Below are positions 45,191 through 57,527 of a DNA stretch of 64,000 bases, piece by piece. The DNA comes from Scenedesmus sp. PABB004 (lineage: Eukaryota). Position numbers and translations under genes: made by a program. Where the stretch lies: assembly GCA_014905635.1 (NCBI GenBank), contig JABVCE010000002.1, forward strand, positions 682,001 through 746,000, given 5' to 3'. Position 1 is the stretch's first letter; each line of letters starts with the position of its first letter. The notes beneath the pieces are model-generated. The model made no database searches, had not been told where the DNA came from, and worked only from the letters and a program-made list of their open reading frames with translations.

Positions 45191-46135
45191 GCGGCCACCG
45201 GGGAGGCCCAGGTGCGCGTCCGCGGCGTCCCAAGGCTGCGGGGGGCCAATGGCGCGCCGAGCGCGCCGCGGCGGCCCGCGGCGGCCGGCGGCGCGCCGCT
45301 GCCACACGGCCCGGCGCGGCGGGGCGGCAGCGGCCGCGGCGGCCCGCCACGGCGCCCAGGCCGCCAAACGCGGCACAGCGAGCTCTGCAGCGAGCGCGGG
45401 CGCGGCGGCAGCCGCGGAGGCGGGCCGGCGCGGCGCAGCGGCCTGTGGGCTCGCCGGCGCGGCGCCTCACCCGCGTCCCCGTCGCGCCGCCCCGCAGGCC
45501 GCAGGCTGGCGCCCGCGCGCTCGCACACGGCTCGCAGCAGCAGCAGGCGCTGCTGCTGCGGCGTCGAGGCGCCGGCGCTGCTGCAGCGGCAGCAGCGCGG
45601 CGCGGCGGGCGCGCGGGGCGGCTGGCGGCAGCAGCGTGTGCAGGAGGGATTTTGCGGGGCGGGGGGCGGGCGGGCGGGCATGCGGGCGGGCGGGCGGGCG
45701 GGCGGGCGGGACGGCTCTGCGGGGGCTGGTAACGTGCAGCAGCGAGGGACGTTGCCTGTGGCGCAGGCCCCGCGCCAGACCGCGCCGCACCAACTTATCA
45801 GCGTCGCTTGTGCAACGACGCGCCGGGGAGCAGAGGGGGAGCGCAGGTGCAGCTCGCAGCCGCCAACAGTATGCACAGGAGGGGATCCTCGATCACGCGC
45901 CAACCAGCCCAGCGCAGGGAGCGCCGAAGCACACACCGCTGCGCACAGCGCCCAGCCGCCCCGCCTGCGTGCTAGCCCCGCCCCCCGCAGTCCCACCGAC
46001 AGCACGCGTGCCGGCGCAGCGCTGCGCCGGCTAGCGCGCAACCTGCTGCTGCCGCGCCGCCGCGCGGGCGCCGCGCATGCACACACCCCTGCTCGCGCCG
46101 GCCCTGGGGGCCGCGTCGCGTTGCGCCGCGGCGCG

Positions 46136-48274
46136 TCAGACCGCGTCGCCCGGGTTGCTCAGCTTGCTGCGGTGGCTGTGCCCGATCGCGGCGTTGGCGT
46201 GCAGCGTGACGTGCTGGTGCCCGCCGAGCATCGAGTCCTTGCCGCCCGCGTCGCTGAGGCTCGTCTTGAGCAGCGGCAGCCCCGCCATGTCCTCCATCGA
46301 CGCCGTCTTGCCGGTGTCGTGGATCTGGCGCAGCTTGTGCCGCCGCTTCGTCTGCGCGCGGCGCGGCGCGGGCGCGGGCGGCTCTCTCGGCCCGGCCGCT
46401 GCGGGCGCCGCAGCACGCGCGCGCGCGCCGCCGCCCGAGCCCCGCCGCCGCCGCGCTGCCGCGGCGCACCTCGCTGTACGCGACCACGCCGCACACGGTG
46501 ATGAGGTAGCCGAGCATGCCCTTGGCTGTCACCGGGTTTTTGAACAGCGCGATGCTGATGCCCGCCGCGATGACGCCCTTCATGTTGCCCAGCACCTGGA
46601 CACGCGGCAGGCGGCAGCGGGCGCGGCGGCGGCGGCGCGTCGGCTCCTCGCGCGGGCCGCCGCCGCCGGCGCGCGCGCGCGCGCGCTGCCCTCCCCCGCC
46701 CCCACCACCCTCGCCCGCCCCTCGGCGGCGGCACGTGGCGCGGCGCGCACCTGCAGCGTGAGCGCGCTCGTGTACTTGGTGACCAGGAAGTTGGTCAGGT
46801 TGACGAGGTACGCGATGCAGCTGTTGAACAGCAGCGACCAGAAAAACCCCGGCCGGCTGTAGATGAGGCCATGCACCTGCGGCGGCACGGCCGGCACGCG
46901 CGCGCGCGGACTCGGCCGCTGCACGGTGTGGCGCTGCGCGCCGCCGCGCCGCTGCCCCCCGCCGCCGCCGCGCGCGCTCGCTGCGTTGCCCCCGCCGGCG
47001 CCGCAGAGAGGCGGCGCCCCGCCGCCCGCCGCGCGGCGCACCTGCGCAAACACGCCCGGCTCCAGCAGCAGCGTCGTGGGCAGCAGCAGCAGCACGCTGA
47101 AGCTGCTCATGTAGAAGAGGAGGCTCATGGGGTCGAGCTTCTCCGTCGCGTCCGTCAGCAGCATCGCCTGCGGCACCACGGCGCCCCGCGCGCGCGTGTG
47201 AGCCCGCGTGAGCCCCCCGCAGCGCCGCCGCGACCGCCCCCGGTGCCGCAGCTGCCTCCGCCCCCGCTGCTGCCTCCGCCACCGCCGCCGCGCGCGGGCC
47301 GCCCGCACCTGCACGACCGACTTGAGCGCGCGCCCGCTCGTCGCGAGCAGGCAGGCGGTGAAGCCGAGCAGGTTGAACAGCGGCTCGCCCCCGCTCGCGA
47401 TGACCACGCCGCCAGCGATGGGCACGAGCGTGAGGTACGTCAGGCCCGCCTCCTTGTGCCCTGCGCCCGCGGCCGCCGCGACGCGCGCGCGCGCCGTGGG
47501 TCGGCTGGTCGGCTCGGCGACCCCTCGCCGCCGCGCGCCACCGCCGCGCCCCATTGCTCCGCGCAGCCCCGCCACCGCGCCCTGCTGTGCCGCGCCGCCC
47601 GCCCCACCCTGCATGAGCACCGCGAAGATGGCCGTGAAGAAGGGCGTCGTCGCGCCGATGGCCTGGTTGAAGGAGACTGGGATGTACTTGAGGCTGAGGT
47701 TGCCGAGCACGATCGTCACGCAAAAGATGCTCGCGAGCAGGCTGATCTTCCACATCTGCCGCCGGCTCTTGACCGGCTTGATCGGCGTCACGCCCGCCAG
47801 CGACAGCGCGTAGCCCAGCCCCGCGCACGCGACCATGTGGCAGAGCGTGAGGAACACGGGCGCCCTGCAGACGCGCGCGCGGCCGCGCGTGTGCGCGCGC
47901 TGCAGCCGGGCGTGGGCGCGCACGGCCGCGGGCGCGCCGCGGCCCCGCCGGGCGCCGCGCCGCCGGCCGCGCCGCGCCGCGCACTTGAAGGGCGTGCTGC
48001 TCAGGAGGTATTTGTTCAGCAGCAGCACGCCGATGTTGCACGTGTACCTGCGCGGCGCGCGGCAGCAGCGCCGGCGCGGCGCCGCGCTCGGCGGCCGCGC
48101 GCGCCCCGGCGATGCGGGAGCCGCGCCTGGCAGCTGCGGCGCGCCCCTGGCCACGCGCTGGGCCTCGCTGGCAGGCGCGAATGGGCCCACGCGCGCCAGG
48201 GGCGAGGGCCGAGCTGCTCACCATGCCGCCACCACGCCCGCCGTGACCAGCGCGCGCGTCCGCTCGGTCCCCAT
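46136..48274 (-). CDS. nucleotide-sugar / sugar-phosphate transporter (TPT/NST family, UUAT1-like), 8 exons
   Basis: W|YTCNIGVLLLNKYLLS, PVFLTLCHM, LGNLSLKYIPVSFNQAIGATTPFFTA, GVVIASGGEPLF, RALKSVVQ and VNLTNFLVTKYTSALTLQ|VLGNMKG. Confidence 0.92.
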
Positions 48275-48731
48275 GGCGATGGGCCCGCCGCCAGCACCCC
48301 TGCCAGCCGCCTCGAGGCGCGCGGGAGCGCCCCGGCGCGGCGCAGGGCGCCCTGCGGGCGCTGCCCCGCGTTTAGGCGCGCCCCCACGACATGCGGGCCG
48401 CCTGGGCGCAGCGACGGCGAGGTGTGGCGCGGGCGGCGCGGGCCGCAGGCTGGCAGGCGCGCGGGAGTGGCGGTGGCGCGGGCTGGACGACGCCAGGCGC
48501 GGTGTGCGGCTGCGGGAGCGGGTGCGTCTGCTCTGCGCTGTTCTCGAGTCTTTTGCAGCGCGGCGCGAGGAGCCCGCAGGCTCTTCGGCACACCAACGAC
48601 TCGCTCGTCACATGCAGCAACCGCCGAGGCTCGCCACAGAGGCTCACCGCCAGACCCTGCATCGCTGCAGGTCCAATTGGGCCCAGACCGCAAGCAGCCA
48701 CGCAACACAGCCTGGCAAACAGGTCGGCGCG

Positions 48732-49718
48732 TCAGCTGCTCGACGCGCCGGCGCCGCCCAGCCAGCTGCTCGCGCTGCCGCCGTCGGCCTGGCCCTCGTC
48801 GGGCCCCAGCAGCTCGTCGAGCCGCTCCCGCAGCGCCGCGGCACTGCCGCTGCGCCTGGCGGGGCTGCCGCCGGCCCCACTTCGGCCGTGCCGCGCCGCG
48901 GCCAGCAGCTCCTTGAGCGCCGCGCTGCGGTGCTGGTTGTGGCGCAGCTGCACCTCGCTCACCCGGTCGAGCAGCTCACGCTGCCACGCCAGGCGCCCCT
49001 GCTCCTCCTGCGCCGCCGTGGCGTCCGCCTGCGCGTCCGCCGCAAGCCGCAGCGCCGCCAGGCGCTCGCCCTCCAGCACGCGCACCTGGGCGCGCCGGTG
49101 GCGGCGGCAGCGCCAGGGTGGCAGTCGCGCGTCTGCCCCGGCGCACGCGCGGCCAGCTCTGCAGCCCGACCGCACGCGCAGAGCTCCCCGGGCGCACCTT
49201 GTCCTCCATGGCTGCCGACGACGCGTCCGCCGCGGCGACCACGCCCTCGACGCCCTCCAGGCGGTCCAGCGTGGCCAGGAGCAGCCCCTGTAGGTCGTCG
49301 CGCTCGCGCGCCAGGCCGCACAGCTTTTCGGCGGCGATGTCCTGCGATCTGCGGGCGGCGCGGCGCGACGTCGGCGGCGCGGCGCGACGTCAGCGGCGCC
49401 CGACGGCCACGGCTGCGCGTGCCAGCAAAGCGCGCCGGTGCCGTGGGCTCACTTGGCGAGCGCCTCCTCCAGCGTGCGCACGCGCGCCTGCGATTCGCTC
49501 AGCAGCGCATCGCGGCCCTTCAGCGCCGCCCGGAGGCTCGCGACGTCATGCGCCTTGTGCTCCGACGCGCGGCGCAGCTGCGCCAGCTCCAGCTCCAGCT
49601 TTGTGGCGCGCTTGGTGGCCGCCGCCGCCTCGCGCCGCAGCTTGGCCTTGTCCGCCGCCCACGCCGCCTGCGCCTCGCGATACTGCGCGAGCACCGTCGC
49701 CAGCGGGCTGCTGCGCGG

Positions 49719-49749
<31 letters not shown>

Positions 49750-50330
49750 TCGGACGTTGAGCCCCTCGCCGCGGGCCGGCCGCCGGCGGCGCGCGGCATC
49801 ACCGCGAGCGCGCGCTCCGCCTGCTGCGCGTCCGCCTGCGCGTCGCGCAGCAGGCGCTGCGCCGCGCGGGCGAGCAGCTCGCTGCCGCCGCCGGCGACAG
49901 CGGCGGGCGTGGCGACGCCGGCGCCGAGCCTGGCAGGCGCGCCCGCGCTCCTCGTGCCGGGCCGGCCATGCAGCGGGCGGGGCCGCGCCGCCGCCGGCCG
50001 CAGCGGCGGGCGGCTCGCCGGCGCCGGGGGCGCCGCGCCCTCGCCGCCGCTGGCCTCGCCGCCGCTGCTGCCGTCATCGTGCCCGCCGCCGTCGTCGCCG
50101 CAGGCCGCCGTGCGGGCCGCGAGCGCGTGCTGCACTCGGCTGCAACGCGCGAGCAGCGCGGCGACCTCCGAGCTCTTGCGCTGCAGCTGCGCCTCCCACG
50201 CGCCGCCTCCGTCGGCCCTGGGCGAGCCGCCGGCGTCCGGTGTGCCCGGCGTGGGCGGCGCGTCGAGCGCGACGCCGAGCGCCGCGAGTCGCGCACGCAG
50301 CGCAGCCAGGTCGACCGGGGCCGCCGCCAT
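48732..50330 (-). CDS. coiled-coil protein of unknown function, 3 exons
   Basis: ATG 50330. Heptad-rich segments KLELELAQLRRASE...RVRTLEEALAK|SQDIAAEKL...MEDK|VRVLEGERL are joined by GT-AG introns. Confidence 0.65.
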
Positions 50331-50746
50331 GACGAGCGTGGCCTGACGCCGAGCGAGCAGAGCACCCCGTGCCCTGCGCTGCAGCCCGGCCCCGGGCCTC
50401 CTCGAGAGGAGGGCAGCTCCCGCGCGGTCTTCTGCGCAGACGCCGAGGTGCTGGTCGCCGCGCGGCCGGCGTGGCACGCCCTAGCTGCAACGGCACCTCG
50501 CGCTGCGTTGCGCGGGCGCGTGCGGCTGCAGCGCTGGCGCGTTTGCTGCGTGACAGCTCTGCTCATGTGCTGCCCGGGGTTCACCGTCTGACAAGCGGGC
50601 GACTGCGCGGCCACGCGCCTGGCCGCCGGGACCTGCCACTCGGTCCCCTCCCCGCGTCGCCCAGCCCGCGCCAGCAGCCAGCCCCCTGCCGGCGGCGCCG
50701 CCAGCGGCGCCTACTGCAGCGGCGCCCGTGAGAGGGCGCGCGGCCA

Positions 50747-51098
50747 ATGGCGCGCCTGGTCGACTGCGCCGACAGCCTGGGCGTGGTGCTGGCGCGCCTG
50801 GAGCCAGCTGACATTGCGTCCCTGAGCTTGGCCAGCCGCGACGCGGGCGCCGCCGCGGGCACGGCGCGGCGCGGCATCGCGCGAGCGCGCCTGGGGCTGC
50901 GCGCGAGGCTGCGCGCAGCGCGCGGCGTGCTGGCGCACCGGGAGCACTTCCTGCGCGCCGAAGCCAGTGCGGCGACAGCGCCGCGCGCGGCGGCCGCGCG
51001 CAGCGTGCTGGAGCTCGTGCAGGTGCGGTCGTGCGCTGCGGGCGGCGCGGGCTGCTCCGGCGTGCGGGAGAGCGCTGCGCAACGCCACGCATGTGTCA

Positions 51099-51176
<78 letters not shown>

Positions 51177-51715
51177 AGCGCTCGCCGGACGGCACGCGGG
51201 ACCTCGCCGCCGCGGTGCACGCCGCGCTGAGCAGCGTGACGCACCAGCGCGTTGTGCCGCCCGCCTCGCTCCGCGTGGTGCAGGACGACCTGGCTCGGCT
51301 CGCCAGCTACGTCTGCCTGCTGGCGTGGCGCACGCGTATGCGCAACCGCACGCGCGCGGAGGGGAGGCAGCAGCTGCAGCAGCAGGAGCCGGGCGCCGCA
51401 CAGCAGGCCGCGCCCGTGGAGCCGCGTCTGCCGCGGGCGCCGGCGCCGACGCAAGAGGTGGCGCACGCGGCGGTGCAGACGGAGCTCGGCGCGAGCCTGC
51501 GCGACGTGCACGAGCTCGTCGCCGGCCTGGCGGAGCGGCTCGCGCTGGCCGCCAACGTGCACGCGCGGCCCTGCACCGCCACGGTCAACCTGCTGGCGCA
51601 CCACCTGGAGCGGCAGCTGGCAGCCTGGAACCTGCCCGGCGGCGAGGCCGGCGCCGGCGAGGGCGCGCCGGCCGAGGCTGCGGGCAACGGCGGCAGCGGC
51701 GGGGAGGCGGCGTGA
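50747..51715 (+). CDS. hypothetical protein with possible F-box-like N-terminus
   Basis: MARLVDCADSLGVVLARLEPADIASLSLASR resembles a degenerate F-box (LxxLPxxxLxxILxxLxxxDLxxxxxVSR). Possible in-frame intron 51023-51178. Confidence 0.55.
51101..51166. repeat. (CCG)22 trinucleotide repeat
   Basis: Uninterrupted ccg run. Confidence 0.9.
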
Positions 51716-52407
51716 CTGTGGTGCGCGGTGGACCGCGCGGCAGGGTGCGTGTACAGTTGTTGGTGTGCAGTGCGCCGTGCGGCAGCGGCTTGAACTGAAT
51801 AAAGCGCGCGCCGCCTCTGTGGGCGGCGGCGCGGGCAGGGAGGATTTTTTGGCGCGCCCTGTGGCCCGCGTGCTCACGCTCCGCGTGAGCGGAGCGTTGC
51901 GCCCTGAACCTGCTTCGCCGCCGCCGAGCTGGGTTGGCAAGTGTGGCTGCCTCCGTGGGTTGGCCCTCACCTCGTCTTGTCGCTGTCCGGCAACGCCTCC
52001 CCCACTGCGCGCCGCCGCGGGGAGCAGCAGCCGCTGCAGCAGCAGCAGCAGCCACCGCCGCGCGCCGCGCCGCCGCCGCCGAGCGGCCAGAGAACTGGCG
52101 TCGGTTGCAGCATCACGGCGGGGCTTTCGCCGTGTGAAACGATCCCTGCGCCCGTGCAGAGTGCAGTTTCGGCATCTTCGTCCCGCTGCTGCACAGCGCT
52201 GGCGCAGCAGGAGGGCGCGAGGCGCGCTCAGTGAGATGCCGCCGCTGCCGCTCTGCCTGTCGCCGCTGCGCCAGCGGCTGGCAGCGGCAGGCGGCGGCGG
52301 CGCGCGTGGCAGCGGCGGCACGGCACACGCAGGCGGGGGGCACGCGCCCGTGGCAGCCCTGACGCTCGCCTGAGCTGTCCGGGCTCCATTTCCGTGCCCC
52401 GGGCAGC

Positions 52408-55400
52408 ATGGCTCTGCGCGGCCGCGACGCCGCGGGCTGCCCGGCTGCGCGGCGCGGAGGCGGTGGGGCGCGGCGCGCCAGCCCCCGCCCAGGCGGCGCG
52501 CCCCAGGGGGCGCGCGCGCTGCTGCGCGACGGTTGTGCTGGTGGCAGCGGGTGGCGGGGCGCCGTCGGCGCAGCCGCCGCCCTGGCGGGGCGCGACGGTG
52601 CTGCTGGCGGCGAGCGCGGGGCGGCGCAGCCGCCGGCGGTGGCCGCGGCCTCGGCGCCGTCGCCGGGCCCCGGCCTGGCGCGTGGCGCGCCGCCCGGCGC
52701 GGCGCTCGAGCCGGGCGCGGCGGCGGCGGCGGGCGTCGCGCAGCAGGCGGCCGCGCCGCCGAGGCTGCGCCGCCCCGAGGGCGTGAGCGCGCAGGCCATG
52801 CGGCAGCTGCTGCAGCAGCAGGTCCAGGGCGCGACGAGCTGGCAGCAGCTGCAGCAGCTGCTGCACGGGCGGCGCGAGCTGCTGAGCCTGAAACACCTCA
52901 GCCTCATGGTTGTCAAGGTGGCCCGGGTGGCTGTTGCTGCCGGGCGGCCGGCCCGGCGCGCCGCCGCCGCTGCCGCCGCCGCCGCCGCTGCCGCCGCCCA
53001 CACTGCCCCCCCCCACCCGTGCCACCTCGCAGGCCGCCCACCTGCACGTGGCCGAGCAGCGGCGCGCGCAGCATCTGATGCAGCAGCGGCGCGCGCACGC
53101 GGCCGGCGCCGGCCGGCCGCCGCCGCCGCCGCCCGCCGACCTGCTGCCGTCGGCGCTGGCGGGCGGGCCGGCGTCGGCGGCGGCGTTCTTGGACGATCTG
53201 GGGGCCGCGCTGCACGAGGTGCTGCTGCGGGACCAGGGCGCGCCGATGCAGCAGCTGGCAGCCAGGGTGGAGGCGGCCCTTGCGGCGGCCGCGGCGGCGG
53301 CCGAGGAGGGCGAGGAGGGCGAGGACGGCGACGACGCGGGCGCGGAGGAGGGCGACGCCGGCGCCTGGCGCGGGGGCGCCGACCCGCCGGCACGCCACGC
53401 GGCCGTCGGCGGCGGCGGGCGCTACTGCCACGCCCCCGCGCCACTCTCTGCCTATCTGGCCGACGCGCTGTGGGGCTTTGCCAAGCTCGGGCACGTGCCG
53501 GGCGAGGCTCGACTGCTCACGTGGGCCGAGGCCTTTGCCGGCGTCGCCGGCGCGGCCGACGGCGTGTCGTTCAGCCAGGCGCTGTGGGCGCTGGGCGCGC
53601 TCGCGCTGTGGCCCGGCGGCGCCGTCATGGCGGCGCTCGCCGCCGAGCTGGGCGCCCGCATGCGCGGCGCCGGCGCGCAGGCGCAGCCGCTGCCGCCGCG
53701 CGCGCTGTCCAACGCCCTGTGGGCGTGCGCCGTGCTGGGGTACGCGCCGCCGCCGGGCGTGCTCGACGCCGTCTGGGCGGGCTCGGCGGCCGCGCTCGGC
53801 GGCGCGCCGCCGCAGGCGCTCAGCAACCTGATCTGGTCGGCCGCCAGCCTGGGCCTGGCGCCGCCGGCGGCCTGGATGGAGGCCTGGGCGGCCGCCGCGC
53901 TGGAGGGCTTGCGCAGCGGGGCGTGGAACGCGGCCGACATCGCCGGCGCGGCCTGGGCGATGGGCAAGCTCAACGGCGACCCCGCGACGCGGTGGGCGGG
54001 GCGGCGTGCCGGGCGGGGCGAGGGCGCCGTCCGCCGCGCCGCGCGTGCAGGCCCGTGGCGGCAAGGCCCGTGGGCGCGAGGCCCGCGCGCTGACGCCACG
54101 CTGACGCCTCCGCCACCGCCGCTGCCGCCGCCGTGCAGGGCGCTGCTGCCGCCGCTGCCGTGGCGGCTCGTGCTCATGCGGGCGGGCCGCGCCGCCGCGG
54201 GGTCGGCCGACCCGCGCGAGCTCACGGGCCTGGCCTGGGGCCTGACCGCGTGCGGCGTGGCTTTCAGCAAGAGCTTTGCGGAGCGCCTGCTGGCCGAGGC
54301 GGCGGCCAAGCGCGGTGAGCCGCGCGCGCGCCTCGCCAGGGGCCCCGCGCCGCGCGCCGCGCGCCGCGCACGCTGGCCCCCGGCCGCAACCCCCCTCCCC
54401 CTGCCCTGCCGCGCAGTCCACTTCAAGGCCCGGGAGTGGGCGCAGCTGCTGGCGGCGCTCGCGCGGCAGGGCGTGACGCCGCCGCCGGCGTGGCAGCGCT
54501 GCGTGCACGCGGCCATGGCGCCGCGGCTGCGCTTCATGGCGGGGCTCGACTTTGCGACCTGCGCCTGGGCTCTCGGCCAGCTCGGCGTGCAGCCGCGCAC
54601 GGCGTGGCGGGAGCGGTGCGCCGGGGGCCGCGCGGCGGGCGGCCGCGCGCGCGCCGCGGCGGGCCCACGCCGCCGCGGCTGGCCCCCACCGCCGCGCCCG
54701 CGCCCGCGCCCCGCCTCCGCCCGCCCCCGCGCGCCCGCAGCTTCTTCGCCGAGAGCTACGGCCGGCTCTTCCTGCTGCCCCCGGGCTCGGCGAGCGGGCT
54801 GGTGTGGGGCCTGGGGCGCCTGCGCTGGCGCCCGCCGCGCGAGTGGCAGGAGCGGCTCTTCCTCGAAAGCTACGCCAAGCTGCCCGCGTTCACCCCGGGC
54901 GAGCTCGCGGGTGGGCGGGGCCGGGCGCCGCGCCGCGCCGCGCCCCGCGTGCGGCCCGCCAGGGGCGTGCGCCGCCGCCGACCGCGCCGGCGCCGCCCGC
55001 GCGCAGGCACGCTGCACGGGCTCGCGCGGCTGCAGCTACAGCCGCCGGTGCAGTGGATGTGGCAGGCGACCGCGGTGATGGCGCTGGCGGCGCCCGACAT
55101 GGCGCCGCGGGAGCTCACCACCTGCCTGTGGGCGCTCAGCCGGCTGCGCTACCGCCCGCCAGAAGCCTGGCTCGCCGCGCTGGCGAGCCGCGCGGCTGAG
55201 CTGCTCCCGCCGGCGTGGCGCGCCGCGGCGCCGCCCGCGCAGGCGGCGCGCCAGCTCGCAGCGCAGCAGCGCAGCGACGCCGCGGCGGCTGAGGTGCGGC
55301 GGCGGCGGCGCGGCCTGCTCAAGCGCGTGGCGGCACTGGAGCAGCAGCAGGCGCTCCTGCGGCAGCGCCTGGGCCCGCTGCCGCCGCCGCAGCGGCAGCA

Positions 55401-56023
55401 GCTCGCGCGCGCGCAGCGGCGCCAGGCGGAGCAGCTGCTCCAGCTGCGCGGCGATCTCGAGCTGCTCGAGGAGCGCGGCCGCGCGCTCGCGGCGCGGCCG
55501 GGCGCGGCCGACGGCCCCGAGCGGGAGCGGCAGCAGCTGCTCGAGCAGCGCGCCAGCCCCGAGGCGCCGGGGGAGCTGCCCCTGGCCGCCGCGGGGGCGG
55601 GCGGCGATGGCGGGGGCGGCGACGGCCGCTCGCTGGGCGCCGGCGACGTGCGCGTGGTGCTGGCCTGCCTCGCGCAGCTGCAGTATGCTCCAGAGGGGTG
55701 AGCGGCGCGCGGGGGCGCGGCGGGCACAGCGTGCGCCGCCGCCCGCGGCGCGCGGCCCAGCCCCGGCCGTCCGCAGGGATCACCCGCTGCTCGCGGCGGC
55801 GGCGCGGCTGGGCGTGGCGGTCCCCGCGCCCGGCGAGCCGCGCCCGCGGGGGCGCCCCGCCAAGCCCGAGCAGCTGGACGGTGACGGCGGCGACGACGAC
55901 GGCGGCGACGACGGCGACACGTTCTATCCCGCCGCCCCCGGGTCTGCGCGCGGCGCCGAAGCGCTCGCGCGGCGGCCGCGTCACGGGCGGCGCTTCGGCG
56001 GCGGCGGTCTGGTCGGCGAGTGA
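52408..56023 (+). CDS. OPR (octotricopeptide repeat) protein, about 7 exons
   Basis: Repeats LPPRALSNALWACAVLGYAPPPGVL, PPQALSNLIWSAASLGLAPPAAW, GVTPPPAW, WRPPREW, LQPPVQW and MAPRELTTCLWALSRLRYRPPEAW. Confidence 0.87.
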
Positions 56024-56216
56024 AGAACCCCTGTCGGCGTGCAGATCGCGGCCACACACGTGCACGCACACGCGCGCCAGCACGACGGGGCCAGGGAGGG
56101 CGGACGCAGCTGCGCGCGGCCAACCACCGCTGCCGGCAGCGGCGCGCGCGCAGCATCGCGTGCCCCGCCCGCTCCAGCGTGCCAGCGGCGCGACTGACTG
56201 CCGCGCGGCCGCGGCC

Positions 56217-57316
56217 ATGGAGCGCAGCGCGCGCCAGCCGCGCGCGGCGGCGCTGACGACATCGGCATCGCTGCTCGCCGCCGCGCGCGAGGGCTGGGGC
56301 TCCGCCCGGGTCCGTGCGGGCGCGCTCTGGGAGCAGCACCTCCGGCCCTCCGCGCTCCTCGGCTGGATGGTGAGCAGGGCTCGTCGCCGCGCGTTGCGCA
56401 CGAGCAGCGGCGCGCGCGCTCGCTCACGCCGGCGCTGCTGCGGCGCAGGTGCTCGCCGGCTGCGCGCTGCTGGCCGCCGCCGCCGCCAGCACGGCGGTGT
56501 GCGTGATCTCGGGCGCGCTGCTCGGGCTGGCCTGGGTCGGCGTCGCCGTTTACACGACCCTCGGTGCGCGCCGCCGCCGCTGCCTTGTCGCCGCCGCGCC
56601 GCTACCCGCGCCCACGTGCCGCCGCCGCCGCCGCGCGTGCGCACAGTCGCGCTGACGACCGCGGGCGCGGCGGTGTCGGGCGTGGCCGCGCTGTTCTTCT
56701 CTGGCACGTGCGCCGTCAGCGGCACGCTCATCCTCGGCGGTGCGCCCCCGGGGCGGCAGGGGGGCTGGCACGGCGCTGCGCTGCCGGCGCCGGCCGGCAC
56801 CCGACGCCGCGCCGCCGCGCCCCGCCGCGCCGCGCCCCGCCGCCCCGCGCCCCGCCTCGCCGCAGCCGCCGGCGCCATCTACGCCGCGGGCGCCCTCTAC
56901 GGCCGCGCCGCCGGCGCGCTCGCGGCGCTGCAGCAGGGCGCCAAGCAGGCGCCCGCGCGGCCGGCGCCGCGCCCGCGGCCGCTGGCGGCGGCCGCGCCCG
57001 ACGCGGGCAGCGGCGCGGCCGCGGGGGCGAGCAGCCGCCGACGTCGCCGCCGCAGGTGGCCGAGCCCGGCCCGAAGCAGCACTCGGCCGCGGCGACGCCG
57101 GCAGCGTCCGCGGGGGGCGCCGCCGCGTCCGACGCCCACGGCAGCAGCAGCAGCACCGTGGCGCGCGGCCCGCCCCGCGCGGCGCCGGGCGCGCCGCGCA
57201 CCGGCGCGCCGCGCATGGCGCCCAACCCCTTCTTCGAGGCCACCAGCCCCGAGCCGGGCGGCGGCGCGCCGGCGCTGCTGGCCGCGCAGCTCGCCGGCCG
57301 CGTGGGCGTCGCGTGA
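56217..57316 (+). CDS. membrane protein with a ~88-residue uncharged hydrophobic stretch (candidate lipid-droplet hairpin protein), 5 exons
   Basis: Spliced sequence ALLGWM|VLAGCALLAAAAASTAVCVISGALLGLAWVGVAVYTTL|VALTTAGAAVSGVAALFFSGTCAVSGTLILG|AAGAIYAAGALYG, flanked by hydrophilic termini. Confidence 0.65.
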
Positions 57317-57501
57317 CGGAGTGCGGGGGCGGGGGGGGGGGGGGCTGCGAGCGCAGCTGGTGTGGGCGTGTGCGGCAGGGGGGGGGGGAGAGGGGGGGGG
57401 GGCTGGCAGCGAACGCTTGACCAGTGTACCATCACCCTTTCACGCAGCGCATGTGTGTGCCAGGCAGTTGTTGCGCTGCCGTCGCGCTGGGGCGGTTACG
57501 C

Positions 57502-57506
57502 TGTAA
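57502..57506 (+). terminator. polyadenylation signal TGTAA
   Basis: TGTAA about 185 nt after the stop at 57316. Confidence 0.55.
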
Positions 57507-57527
57507 GTGCCCCTCACGCGCGCGCGG

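Noticed and set aside
1324..48274. Glycosylation gene cluster (GT10, STT3, nucleotide-sugar transporter)
   Set aside because: The genes are spread over 47 kb among unrelated housekeeping genes, which is compatible with chance.
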